Source of the DNA: Bacteroidales bacterium
GTDB taxonomy: Bacteria; Bacteroidota; Bacteroidia; Bacteroidales; VadinHA17
Assembly: GCA_021738535.1 (NCBI GenBank)
Contig: JAIPBU010000006.1
Location: forward strand, 26,068 to 90,067
DNA: 64,000 bases
Direction: 5' to 3'
Both the position numbers and the translations under genes were made by a program. The notes under the pieces were generated by a model. The model was not told the DNA's origin. It ran no database searches and worked only from the letters and a program-made list of their open reading frames with translations. Positions 8,861 to 18,047 of the stretch are shown here, one piece after another (positions within the stretch are counted from its first letter, which is position 1; each line of letters opens with the position of its first letter).

Positions 8861-8920
8861 GCTAAGGCTAAGGCTAAGGCTAAGGCTAAGGCTAAGGCTG
8901 AGGCTGAGGCTAAGGCTAAG
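8861..8920 (+). repeat. Perfectly phased hexanucleotide tandem array (GCTAAG)6(GCTGAG)2(GCTAAG)2
   Basis: Counted directly: ten 6-nt units starting 9 nt after the murQ TAG. It fills the spacer between the convergent murQ and PKD genes. Confidence 0.97.
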
Positions 8921-8934
8921 GAAACGCCGCTGGC

Positions 8935-9117
8935 CTATTTCTTAGGCTTTCTTTCTATTTTCCTTACAACCATCGATCTGTCGCGTGTGTCGCCTGACTT
9001 ACTTCCCACATAATCAACATATGCAATATAAGTATTTACCTGGTTGGGAATAAGTTGCTGTATCCTGATGTAATCATTATTCTGATACCCCCGCAGATCA
9101 AAGTTGTTATGATTATC
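8935..9117 (-). other. In-frame open continuation (60 sense codons + TAG) of the PKD lipoprotein gene beyond its TAA
   Basis: Hand translation of the minus strand after the TAA at 9118-9120 gives DNHNNFDLRGYQNNDYIRIQQLIPNQVNTYIAYVDYVGSKSGDTRDRSMVVRKIERKPKK*, in the same frame. Confidence 0.6.
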
Positions 9118-9636
9118 TTACAAGACATCTACATAGTAAACATATGGACCAAGATTGTAAAATATTACTACCCCGTTTGAATTGGTATTACCTTCTGCCT
9201 GCATATTAGTCTCAGCATCCCAGTCGTCAAGAGTAGGATATAACCTTACATTGGCATCGGAAATAAGGTACTCATCGTACCATTCCCTGACCTCTATTTC
9301 CAGTATAGTGGGAGAAACAACCTCAATGGTCTGATAAGCCCTGTCAGTAGCACCGGTTTTACTGATTGCCGTGAGCATGACTTCATAAGTTCCTGAAGCC
9401 GAATAGCTGTGAACCGGGTTAACTGAGTAGGAGACATAGCCATCACCAAAATCCCATTCATATTCAACAGCATTGTATGAATCGTTGGTAAAGACAATAT
9501 CTTCACCTATATAAGCCTGAACCTTGTCCGTGAAGAAAAACGCATCCGGTCTGATTTCACATGAAGTAAAAAAGAGCGGGAACAATATAGATATAAATAA
9601 AATCTTTCTCATGACTCTGATATTTGGTTTCATCAA
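9118..9636 (-). CDS. PKD-domain lipoprotein, probably truncated by an in-frame stop
   Basis: Lipoprotein signal (LFFTSC). PKD signature WDFGDG...H.Y...G.Y.V.L. Followed by a carboxypeptidase-regulatory-like beta-sandwich segment (ANVRLYPT...NSNGVVIF). Confidence 0.8.
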   Translation of the reverse strand: MMKPNIRVMRKILFISILFPLFFTSCEIRPDAFFFTDKVQAYIGEDIVFTNDSYNAVEYEWDFGDGYVSYSVNPVHSYSASGTYEVMLTAISKTGATDRAYQTIEVVSPTILEIEVREWYDEYLISDANVRLYPTLDDWDAETNMQAEGNTNSNGVVIFYNLGPYVYYVDVL

Positions 9637-9779
9637 AGATAATCCAAATAATGTGCCAAGAAAGAATGAAAATTATATAATTCTTAAAGCTGAACCCGGG
9701 TTAAAAAGGTATCATTTACTCAGGGTATTGAACACAGCTGGTATTTTAACTGTTTTTAAAACACCCGGCTGATGGTTCT

Positions 9780-9808
9780 TTTGCTGTGCAAAATTATCAC
9801 TATCTTTG
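9780..9808 (+). promoter_or_regulatory. Bacteroidota-type promoter for thrS
   Basis: TTTG (9780-9783), a 17-nt spacer, then TAtcTTTG (9801-9808), about 29 nt upstream of the thrS ATG. This matches the -33 TTTG / -7 TAnnTTTG consensus. Confidence 0.55.
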
Positions 9809-9836
9809 CAGCCGTTTATTAAAGTGAAAAAGCACA

Positions 9837-11780
9837 ATGATTAACATAACATTTCCGGATAATTCAACCAGGGAATATGAATCCGGCGTAAGCAGTCTTG
9901 ACATTGCAAACAGCATCAGCCCGGGACTTGCCCGGCAGGTATACGCTGCCAGCCTTAACGGTGAAACGAGAGATTTGTCAAGGCCGGTCAATGAAGATGC
10001 CAGGATAGTCTTTCACAAGTGGAACGACGAGGAAGCAAGGCACACTTTCTGGCATACCAGTGCTCATTTACTTGCGGCAGCACTTGAAGAACTATACCCC
10101 GGTATCAAATTCGGCATAGGCCCTTCTATCGGGAACGGTTTTTATTATGATGTTGATCCGGGAGATGGGAAAGTAATATCTGAGTCAGACCTGCCTGTTA
10201 TTGAAAAAAAAATGAAGGAACTGGCAAAGCAGAAGATAGGGATTGAAAGAATTGAGATCAGCAAGGCCCGTGCACTTGAGATATTTGATAAAAAAGGCGA
10301 TGAATACAAGACCGAGCTTATATCAGAACTTGAAGATGGCAATATATCATTGTATAAGCTGGGCAATTTTGTTGATCTGTGCAGGGGTCCGCATCTTCCT
10401 GGCACAGAAAGCATCAAGGCCATTAAACTTCTCAGCCTTGCAGGAGCCTACTGGAGGGGTGATGAAAAAAGAAAGATGATGACCCGTATTTACGGAATCA
10501 CTTTCCCGAAAGCAAAATTGCTGGAAGAACACCTGCTGATGCTCGAGGAAGCTAAGAAAAGAGACCATCGCAAAATAGGCAAAGAACTTGAACTATTCTC
10601 TTTCTCACAGAAGGTAGGTATGGGTCTGCCCCTGTGGTTACCCAGGGGATCGGAACTCAGGCAGAGACTGATTGATTTTATGACAGCCGAACTCAAGCGC
10701 AGGGGATATACAATAGTTACCACACCTCATATTGGAAATGTAGAGTTATACAAAACATCAGGCCATTACGAGAAATACGGGTCTGATTCTTTCCAGCCTC
10801 TCAATACCCCCCAGGAGGGTGAGCAATTTATGCTAAAACCGATGAATTGCCCCCACCATTGTGAAATATACAATGCAAGTCCTCACTCCTACAAGGACCT
10901 GCCCGTTCGTATGGCTGAATTTGGAACTGTTTACAGGTATGAGCAGCATGGTGAACTGCACGGACTTACAAGGGTAAGAAGTTTCACTCAGGATGATGCC
11001 CATCACTTCTGTGAGCCTGACCAGATGAAGGATGAGTTCAAGAAAATTATTGATCTTGTTCAGTGGACCTTTAAATCATTGAATTTCACTGATTACACAG
11101 CACAGATATCATTACGTGACGCTTCTGACAAAGAGAAATATATTGGCAGTGATGAGAACTGGGAAAAAGCAGAAAAAGCAATAATAGAAGCTGCTGGCGA
11201 AAAAGGAATGCAAACCACTGTTGTTGAAGGCGAAGCAGCATTTTATGGCCCAAAACTGGATTTCATGGTTAAAGACGCCATAGGTCGTGAATGGCAGCTG
11301 GGAACTATTCAGGTAGATTACAACCTGCCTGAGAGATTTGATCTAAGCTACACTGGCTCTGATAACCAGAAGCACAGGCCTGTAATGTTACACAGGGCAA
11401 TATTCGGCAGCCTGGAGAGATTTGTTGCCGTCCTGATTGAAAGCACGGCCGGGAAATTTCCTTTATGGCTAACTCCTGATCAGGTCATTATACTGCCGGT
11501 CAGTGAAAAATATCATGATTATTCTAAAAAAGTTTTAAATTTCTTAAATAATTCCGATATTCGCACTCTGATTGACGAGAGAAACGAAAAAGTAGGTAAA
11601 AAGATAAGGGATAATGAGTTAAGAAGAATCCCCTATCTTCTTATTGTTGGTGAAAAGGAAGAAAATTCTTCTACTGTGTCGGTAAGAAAGCAGGGTAAAG
11701 GCGATATCGGCACTATGGAATTAGAAGAATTTACTAACTTTATTAGACAACAGGTAAGCGAAGAATTAAATATAAAGTAA
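9837..11780 (+). CDS. thrS: Threonine--tRNA ligase
   Basis: TGS domain at the N-terminus, editing-domain HTSAHLLA, class II motifs (FRYEQ..HGL.RVR.FTQDDAH, GTIQVDY), and an anticodon-binding C-terminus. 647 aa. Confidence 0.97.
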   Translation: MINITFPDNSTREYESGVSSLDIANSISPGLARQVYAASLNGETRDLSRPVNEDARIVFHKWNDEEARHTFWHTSAHLLAAALEELYPGIKFGIGPSIGNGFYYDVDPGDGKVISESDLPVIEKKMKELAKQKIGIERIEISKARALEIFDKKGDEYKTELISELEDGNISLYKLGNFVDLCRGPHLPGTESIKAIKLLSLAGAYWRGDEKRKMMTRIYGITFPKAKLLEEHLLMLEEAKKRDHRKIGKELELFSFSQKVGMGLPLWLPRGSELRQRLIDFMTAELKRRGYTIVTTPHIGNVELYKTSGHYEKYGSDSFQPLNTPQEGEQFMLKPMNCPHHCEIYNASPHSYKDLPVRMAEFGTVYRYEQHGELHGLTRVRSFTQDDAHHFCEPDQMKDEFKKIIDLVQWTFKSLNFTDYTAQISLRDASDKEKYIGSDENWEKAEKAIIEAAGEKGMQTTVVEGEAAFYGPKLDFMVKDAIGREWQLGTIQVDYNLPERFDLSYTGSDNQKHRPVMLHRAIFGSLERFVAVLIESTAGKFPLWLTPDQVIILPVSEKYHDYSKKVLNFLNNSDIRTLIDERNEKVGKKIRDNELRRIPYLLIVGEKEENSSTVSVRKQGKGDIGTMELEEFTNFIRQQVSEELNIK

Positions 11781-11842
11781 TAAACTGAATTATTAATTTA
11801 AAGTAATAGGAGGACTTAACCATAGCAGGACCACACAGAAGA

Positions 11843-12382
11843 ATGCACCCGAAGAGACGTGAAAACAGAACGCCCCACAGGATTAATAACCGCATCAATG
11901 CAAAAGTTGTACGGGTTGTGGGCGATAATGTGGAGCCACAGGTAATGTCAACAAGTGAAGCAATGAGGCTGGCTGATGAGATGGAACTGGACCTTGTTGA
12001 GATATCACCAAAAGCTGATCCGCCTGTATGTAAGATCATAGATTATCAGAAGTTTCTTTACCATCAGAAAAAGAAACAGAAAGAAATGAAGGCCAAGGCC
12101 AACAAAGTAGTGGTAAAGGAAATAAGATTCGGACCGAATACTGATGATCATGATTATAACTTTAAATACAAGCATGCATTGAAATTCCTTCAGGACGGAG
12201 CAAAGGTGAAAGCTTTTGTATTCTTCAAAGGAAGATCAATACTATTTAAGGATAAAGGTGAAATATTATTATTAAGACTTGCTCAGGACCTTGAAGAATA
12301 CGGCGTTGTAGAACAAATGCCTAAACTTGAAGGAAAGAGAATGACCATCACCTTTACACCAAAAGTAAAAAAGAAAAAATAG
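11843..12382 (+). CDS. infC: Translation initiation factor IF-3 (start codon uncertain)
   Basis: [50 protein letters not shown], and position between thrS and rpmI. An in-frame ATA at 11822 is an alternative non-canonical start. Confidence 0.9.
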   Translation: MHPKRRENRTPHRINNRINAKVVRVVGDNVEPQVMSTSEAMRLADEMELDLVEISPKADPPVCKIIDYQKFLYHQKKKQKEMKAKANKVVVKEIRFGPNTDDHDYNFKYKHALKFLQDGAKVKAFVFFKGRSILFKDKGEILLLRLAQDLEEYGVVEQMPKLEGKRMTITFTPKVKKKK

Positions 12383-12411
12383 GTTCTTTCAAATAATAAA
12401 AACTGTACGAA

Positions 12412-12609
12412 ATGCCAAAAATGAAAACCAATCCCGGTGCTAAGAAAAGGTTTACTTTTACCGGATCGGGTAAGATAAAGCGTAAGCATGCGTACAAAAG
12501 CCACATTCTCACTAAAAAATCAACAAAACGTAAAAGGAACCTTACCTATTACGGGACAGTTGATAAAGCAGATGAGAAGAATATAAAAATTCTGCTGGCT
12601 AAGAAATAA
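12412..12609 (+). CDS. rpmI: 50S ribosomal protein L35
   Basis: [14 protein letters not shown]...HILTKKS, 65 aa, in the canonical infC-rpmI-rplT order. Confidence 0.95.
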   Translation: MPKMKTNPGAKKRFTFTGSGKIKRKHAYKSHILTKKSTKRKRNLTYYGTVDKADEKNIKILLAKK

Positions 12610-12711
12610 TGCTGACGCTGAGAAGAGAAAGAAAAATGAGTATTAACAGAATGTCAAGCTACATAAGTCTTACCAAAAGGGAAGCGCTGACATTCAATAA
12701 ATAGTAAAATT

Positions 12712-13056
12712 ATGCCAAGATCAACTAATTCAGTTGCTTCACGGAACAGAAGAAGGAAGGTACTGAAGCAAACAAAAGGTCAATTCGGTCGCAGGAAAAA
12801 TGTTTACACGGTTGCTGTAAATGCCCTTGAAAAAGGAATGCAGTATTCGTATCGCGACAGAAGAAAAAAGAAAGGTAATTTCAGATCCCTGTGGATACAA
12901 AGAATAAATGCCGCCGCAAGGCAGTATGATATGAGCTATTCAGAATTCATGGGTAAAATAAATAAGAAAGGTATTGCTCTAAACAGGAAAACCCTTGCCG
13001 ACCTGGCAATGAATCATCCTGAAGCATTTAAAGCAATTGTAGAAAAAGTAAAATAA
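12712..13056 (+). CDS. rplT: 50S ribosomal protein L20
   Basis: [19 protein letters not shown]...[21 protein letters not shown], 114 aa. Confidence 0.95.
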   Translation: MPRSTNSVASRNRRRKVLKQTKGQFGRRKNVYTVAVNALEKGMQYSYRDRRKKKGNFRSLWIQRINAAARQYDMSYSEFMGKINKKGIALNRKTLADLAMNHPEAFKAIVEKVK

Positions 13057-13084
13057 ATTAATAACATATTTCGAAAGAACCTGT

Positions 13085-13115
13085 AAAGGCTGCCCCAGAA
13101 AGGCAGCCTTTTTTG
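13085..13115 (+). terminator. Rho-independent terminator of the thrS-infC-rpmI-rplT unit
   Basis: aggctgcc-ccagaaa-ggcagcct followed by tttttt. Confidence 0.75.
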
Positions 13116-13449
13116 TATTCTCGGATGATCACATATTCGCTCTGCCTACCATTGCTACTCGCTCCCTGCCCCCTTCACTGTCCGCCGTAGGCTTGCCGGA
13201 GGAGGGCTCCCTGCTCCCTGCCCCCTGCCCCATGCCTCATGCCATATTGTCGGCTTAATTATAAATTTGCACGCCATATTGTCATGCAGGGGGTTCAGTT
13301 AATCTTAGTATATGACAGGCCGCTCTGCTATTACTTGATTGTATCACTGATATTTACATAAAAATAATGCCTGTCATATCTTTTTATGTGGCACAGCTTT
13401 TGATAACAGGAGGGTAAATGTATAATTAAAAAATTTGGAGGATAAAAAA

Positions 13450-13878
13450 ATGACAATAGCAAGATTTCCGTTTTTACCGCAGACTATGCTGGACCATTTC
13501 TGGGACAATGATTTGACAGACAGGTCAAGTGCTAATTATTCACGCACGAATACAAGCCTTCCTGCCGTTAATATCAAAGAAACAGAAGATGATTTCACCA
13601 TAGAAGTAGCAGCACCCGGGATGAAAAAAGATGATTTTGAAATTAACTATGACAATGGCAGGCTCACTATTTCATCCGAACGCACTGAAGAAGATACTGA
13701 TAACTATAACCGCAGGGAATTCAGTTACCAGTCATTCTGCCGAAGCTTTGAAATAGAAGATAATGTAATCAATAATGAGAAGATCAAAGCTAAATACAAT
13801 GATGGTATACTGTACATCACTCTTCCCAAAAGAGAAGAGATTAAGCCAAAACCTGCAAGGCAGATAGCTATCAGCTAG
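13450..13878 (+). CDS. Hsp20/alpha-crystallin family small heat-shock protein
   Basis: Alpha-crystallin domain: PAVNIKETEDDFTIEVAAPGMKKDDFEI...GILYITLPK. I prefer the ATG at 13450 over the TTG at 13435. Confidence 0.9.
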   Translation: MTIARFPFLPQTMLDHFWDNDLTDRSSANYSRTNTSLPAVNIKETEDDFTIEVAAPGMKKDDFEINYDNGRLTISSERTEEDTDNYNRREFSYQSFCRSFEIEDNVINNEKIKAKYNDGILYITLPKREEIKPKPARQIAIS

Positions 13879-13903
13879 TACAGTTAAGATAATATCAGAG
13901 TAA

Positions 13904-13939
13904 GGAGGCTGTCTTTGTTTGTATAAAAAGACAGCCTCC
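13904..13939 (+). other. Perfect 13-bp hairpin between hsp20 and clpB, with no U-tract
   Basis: ggaggctgtcttt (13904-13916) and aaagacagcctcc (13927-13939), 10-nt loop, ending 22 nt before the clpB ATG. Confidence 0.7.
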
Positions 13940-13960
13940 GTTATGAAAAGGAGAAATGAC

Positions 13961-16564
13961 ATGCAATTTGATAAATTTACTATAAAATCACAGGAATCAA
14001 TCCAGAGGGCGCAGCAGCTGGCTATTGAGAATAATAACCAGGCCATAGAATGCGGGCATATCCTTAAGGGAATAATGGAGACTGATGACAATATTATGCC
14101 CCATATCTTCAAGAAGCTTTCAGTCAATGAAGAGATACTTATAGCTGCCCTGGATAAAATAACCGGGTCCTACCCCCGTATCAGCGGAGGCCAGGTTTAC
14201 CTTGGTGATTCAGCAAACAAGGCGCTCATAGCTGCAAAAAAGGCCGCCGGCCAGGCAGGAGATGAATATGTATCACTTGAGCACCTTCTGTTTGGTATTC
14301 TTGACACAAAAGACGATGTAGCATCTTTGCTCAGGGATAGTGGTATAAATCCACGCGATCTGAAAGCAATAATGGAGGAATTAAAAAAAGGCAGTAAAGT
14401 TAACAGTCAGACTGCTGAGGATACTTATAATGCGCTGAACAAATACGCTATTAATTTGAATGAGCGTGCCAGGGACGGAAAGCTTGATCCTGTTATAGGA
14501 AGGGATGAGGAGATCAGGAGAGTACTTCAGATACTGGCAAGGCGTACTAAAAACAACCCCATCCTGGTAGGTGAACCCGGCGTGGGTAAAACAGCCATTG
14601 CAGAGGGAATAGCTTTCAGGATAGTTGACGGCGATGCACCTGACGACCTGCTTCAAAAGAACATTTACAGCCTCGATATGGGAGCCCTGATAGCAGGGGC
14701 GAAATATAAAGGTGAGTTTGAAGAGAGGCTAAAATCAGTTGTTAAAGAAGTTGTTAACTCTGATGGCAACATTATTCTCTTTATTGACGAGATACATACC
14801 CTGGTAGGAGCCGGTGGTGGTGGTGAAGGAGCAATGGATGCAGCCAATATACTCAAACCTGCTCTCTCAAAGGGGGAATTAAGGGCCGTAGGCGCCACAA
14901 CGCTGAATGAATACCAGAAATACTTCGAAAAAGACAAAGCTCTTGAAAGGCGCTTCCAGAAAGTATTTATTGATGAACCAAATGAGGAAGATGCCATATC
15001 AATACTGAGGGGGATCAAAGAAAGGTATGAGAATTACCATAAGATCCGTATCATGGATGAAGCCATTGTTGCTGCCGTTCAGTTATCGGTCAGGTATATC
15101 AATGACCGCTTCCTGCCGGATAAGGCAATTGACCTTATTGATGAAGCTGCTGCTCACCTCAGGATTGAGATGAACTCAAAACCTGAAGAACTGGATACCC
15201 TGGACAGGAAAATACAGCAACTTGAAATTGAAAAAGTTGCATTTAAACGTGAAAAGGATAAAGACAGGCTGGAAAGAATCAAGGAGCAGCTTGCCGACAT
15301 GGAGGATGAAAGGAAGCAACTCACAGCCAGGTGGGACGATGAGAAAAAAGTAGTAAACGAGATACAGGAAATAAAACAAAAAATCGAAGAAAACCGCTAC
15401 CAGGCCGACAAGGCAGAGCGCGAGGGGAATCTTGGCAGGGTGGCTGAAATCAGGTACGGGCTCTTACCTGAGGCTGAAGCAGCTCTGAAAAAGACCATCC
15501 AGAAGCTCCAGGAGTATGAGAAAGAAGGTAAGCGCCTTGTCAGGGAGGAAATAAATTCTGAAGACATCGCGGGCATCGTTTCCAGATGGACCGGTATACC
15601 TGTTACAAGGATGCTGCAAAGCGAAAAAGACAAACTGCTTAAAATAGAAGAAGAACTCCATAACAGGGTTGTTGGACAGGATGAAGCTATTGATGCTGTA
15701 GCTGCAGCAATACGCAGAAGCAGGACAGGCCTGTCTGATGATAAGCGCCCGGTTGGGTCATTCCTGTTCCTGGGGACTACCGGGGTAGGAAAAACAGAGC
15801 TTGCAAGAGCACTTGCTGAATACCTCTTCAATGATGAATCGCTTATGACACGCATAGACATGAGCGAATACCAGGAAAGGCACGCCGTTTCAAGACTTGT
15901 AGGTGCACCCCCCGGATATGTGGGCTATGATGAAGGTGGTCAGCTGACCGAGGCTGTGAGAAGAAAACCCTATTCCGTAATATTGCTTGACGAAGTTGAA
16001 AAAGCACATCCGGATACCTTCAATATTCTGCTGCAGGTACTTGAGGACGGAAGACTGACGGATAATAAGGGAAGGGTGGCAAATTTTAAAAACACTATAG
16101 TAATAATGACTTCAAACCTGGGCTCTGATCTGATAAGAGAGAATTTTGAGGATTTCTCCGAAGAAAGGGCCGGGGAGATAATAGAAAAAACCAGGAACCA
16201 GGTATTTGAGATATTGAAGAAGAGTATGCGCCCTGAATTCCTTAACAGGATTGATGAACTAATAATGTTCAAACCTCTTACAAGAAATGATATCAGGGGA
16301 ATTATTGATATTCAGATCAGACAACTCAGTAAGATAGTTGCTAAACAGGATATAGAGCTGAAATTAACTGACAGTTGCAAAGATTACCTTCAGGAAAAAG
16401 GCTTCAATATTCAATTTGGCGCCAGGCCCCTGAAGCGTCTGATCCAAAAGGAAATTACGGATAAGATATCCGTGGCTATACTTAAAGGAGAATTATCAGA
16501 AGGAAAGTCTGAGATCCTTATTGACAGTGATGGGATGGATACAGAGGTTAAGGTAAGATCATAA
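13961..16564 (+). CDS. clpB: ATP-dependent chaperone ClpB
   Basis: Clp_N repeats, two AAA+ modules (GEPGVGKTA and GTTGVGKTE Walker A), a long coiled-coil middle domain, and ClpB_D2-small. I prefer the ATG at 13961 ([11 protein letters not shown]). Confidence 0.97.
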   Translation: MQFDKFTIKSQESIQRAQQLAIENNNQAIECGHILKGIMETDDNIMPHIFKKLSVNEEILIAALDKITGSYPRISGGQVYLGDSANKALIAAKKAAGQAGDEYVSLEHLLFGILDTKDDVASLLRDSGINPRDLKAIMEELKKGSKVNSQTAEDTYNALNKYAINLNERARDGKLDPVIGRDEEIRRVLQILARRTKNNPILVGEPGVGKTAIAEGIAFRIVDGDAPDDLLQKNIYSLDMGALIAGAKYKGEFEERLKSVVKEVVNSDGNIILFIDEIHTLVGAGGGGEGAMDAANILKPALSKGELRAVGATTLNEYQKYFEKDKALERRFQKVFIDEPNEEDAISILRGIKERYENYHKIRIMDEAIVAAVQLSVRYINDRFLPDKAIDLIDEAAAHLRIEMNSKPEELDTLDRKIQQLEIEKVAFKREKDKDRLERIKEQLADMEDERKQLTARWDDEKKVVNEIQEIKQKIEENRYQADKAEREGNLGRVAEIRYGLLPEAEAALKKTIQKLQEYEKEGKRLVREEINSEDIAGIVSRWTGIPVTRMLQSEKDKLLKIEEELHNRVVGQDEAIDAVAAAIRRSRTGLSDDKRPVGSFLFLGTTGVGKTELARALAEYLFNDESLMTRIDMSEYQERHAVSRLVGAPPGYVGYDEGGQLTEAVRRKPYSVILLDEVEKAHPDTFNILLQVLEDGRLTDNKGRVANFKNTIVIMTSNLGSDLIRENFEDFSEERAGEIIEKTRNQVFEILKKSMRPEFLNRIDELIMFKPLTRNDIRGIIDIQIRQLSKIVAKQDIELKLTDSCKDYLQEKGFNIQFGARPLKRLIQKEITDKISVAILKGELSEGKSEILIDSDGMDTEVKVRS

Positions 16565-16572
16565 GACTCTTC

Positions 16573-16612
16573 GCTTCGCTCAGAGTGACAAATTGCTTCG
16601 CTCAGAATGATA
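16573..16612 (+). repeat. Two tandem copies (22-nt period) of an 18-nt motif GCTTCGCTCAGARTGAYA
   Basis: gcttcgctcagagtgaca (16573-16590) and gcttcgctcagaatgata (16595-16612), 16 of 18 identical, in the 53-nt spacer between the convergent clpB and lepB. Confidence 0.9.
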
Positions 16613-16617
16613 TAAAT

Positions 16618-18006
16618 CTATTTGACTCCGTGGAACATCCTGCGGAGTCTTATTTTTTTAAGACCGCTTGCTTCCTTATCAACAGACAGCCAGATGAATT
16701 TAGGTTCACCCACGATATGATCCTCCGGCACAAAACCCCAGAACCTTGAGTCGGCTGAATTATGGCGGTTATCACCCATCATCCAGTAGTAGTCCATTTG
16801 AAATGTATAGCTGTCTGTTTCTTCACCGTTTATTATAAAACTGTTTCCATCCACCTCAAGATCATTGTCTTCATACACATCTATGATACGCCGGTAGATT
16901 GAAATATTATTGGTATCGAGCTTAACGGTAGCCCCTTTTGCAGGTATCCATAATGGTCCGAAATAATCTTCATTCCAGGGATAATATGGGTTATGGGGGA
17001 AAATATGAGAACCATATTCGCCAGGTCTCCTCAGCTGTTTCTTTACTTCCTTTACATTCCTGAATGTCCGCAGTTTTTCTGCATTTGATTCGGTAAGAGG
17101 AAGCAGGTACATGGTTCCGGAAACCATATTCTGATCTGATTTATAGATATCCAGTCTTTCAAAAGCCTTGGGATTTATCCTTGTACCATCGGTCTGTACC
17201 CAGTAGTTTGTCTGCTGTGTTTCAAGCGGCTCAATCTCTTTTCCATTAACAAAAAGAACACCCCCCCTGATCTCCAGTGTATCACCGGCGATACCCACAC
17301 AACGCTTAACATAATTCTCCCGCCTGTCAACAGGCCTGTAGATAATATCATTATTTTTCCACACCTCTTCCCTGGCCATCCTTTCATACTCTTTATCTGT
17401 ACGGGTGTTACCACTTGTATACTGATCATAATTCTTCAACCTTTGTTGCTCTGATCGTAGTATTTCCTCATAAGCCGTTACCTGGTTTTGTAAGACAACC
17501 GTATCGCCGGCAGGGAAATTAAACACCACGGCATCAAAACGTTTCACATCACCAAAACCCTCAAGCCTTTTGTATGGAGCTGTAACCAGGTTAGACCAGG
17601 ATCTGGTCTTGATTATTGGAATGGTATGCTGGGTAAAAGGAAATGCTATTGGGGTATTGGGTAATCGCGGCCCATAGGCTACCTTACTGACAAACAAATG
17701 ATCACCAACCCTCAGTGATTTTTCCATTGACGGTGTTGGTATCCGGTAATTCTGAAACAGGAAAATATTGATAAGGGTTACTGCAATTACAGCAAATATC
17801 AGGGCATCAAGCCACTCAATAAAGGTGTTATTGGGCCCTTCCCTCTTTTTCCAGAATGACCAGTTAACCTTTTTTGTTATATAGATGTCGAATATTACGG
17901 CCAGTCCAAACAACAACCAGTAATTACCAACCCATATAACCCACAGGATATATATAATTGCAACTATTGCAAACTTAAAATATTTGTTTTTCAGTATGTC
18001 AGGCAT
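16618..18006 (-). CDS. lepB: Signal peptidase I (long Bacteroidota form)
   Basis: N-terminal TM helices; S26 catalytic boxes (IPTPSMEKSLRVGDHLFV; YVKRCVGIAGD; GDNRHNSADSRFWGFVPEDHIVG). 462 aa. Confidence 0.9.
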   Translation of the reverse strand: MPDILKNKYFKFAIVAIIYILWVIWVGNYWLLFGLAVIFDIYITKKVNWSFWKKREGPNNTFIEWLDALIFAVIAVTLINIFLFQNYRIPTPSMEKSLRVGDHLFVSKVAYGPRLPNTPIAFPFTQHTIPIIKTRSWSNLVTAPYKRLEGFGDVKRFDAVVFNFPAGDTVVLQNQVTAYEEILRSEQQRLKNYDQYTSGNTRTDKEYERMAREEVWKNNDIIYRPVDRRENYVKRCVGIAGDTLEIRGGVLFVNGKEIEPLETQQTNYWVQTDGTRINPKAFERLDIYKSDQNMVSGTMYLLPLTESNAEKLRTFRNVKEVKKQLRRPGEYGSHIFPHNPYYPWNEDYFGPLWIPAKGATVKLDTNNISIYRRIIDVYEDNDLEVDGNSFIINGEETDSYTFQMDYYWMMGDNRHNSADSRFWGFVPEDHIVGEPKFIWLSVDKEASGLKKIRLRRMFHGVK

Positions 18007-18047
18007 TTTTTGAATTCTTTTATGATGGGCAAAAGTAATGTTTTCTG

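Noticed and set aside
8861-8920. Possible CRISPR-like or coding (AKAKAK / LRLRLR) repeat
   Set aside because: The units are 6 nt with no spacers, so this is not CRISPR. The array lies between two stop codons of convergent genes and no ORF with a start covers it.
9524-9772. 82-aa plus-strand ORF between the PKD gene and thrS
   Set aside because: Its first third is antisense to the PKD signal-peptide region. The remainder covers the thrS promoter region. No motifs, and an AT-rich mirror-frame composition.
13732-14127. 131-aa minus-strand ORF spanning the hsp20 3' end, the hairpin and the clpB 5' end
   Set aside because: It overlaps two well-supported plus-strand genes and an intergenic hairpin. 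No motif support.
15397-15861. 154-aa ORF antisense to clpB, plus similar antisense ORFs at 14665-15018 and 15970-16272
   Set aside because: It lies entirely inside a strongly supported clpB frame. The translation is Ser/Leu/Pro-rich low complexity, typical of the reverse frame of an E/K/R-rich gene. No independent start context.
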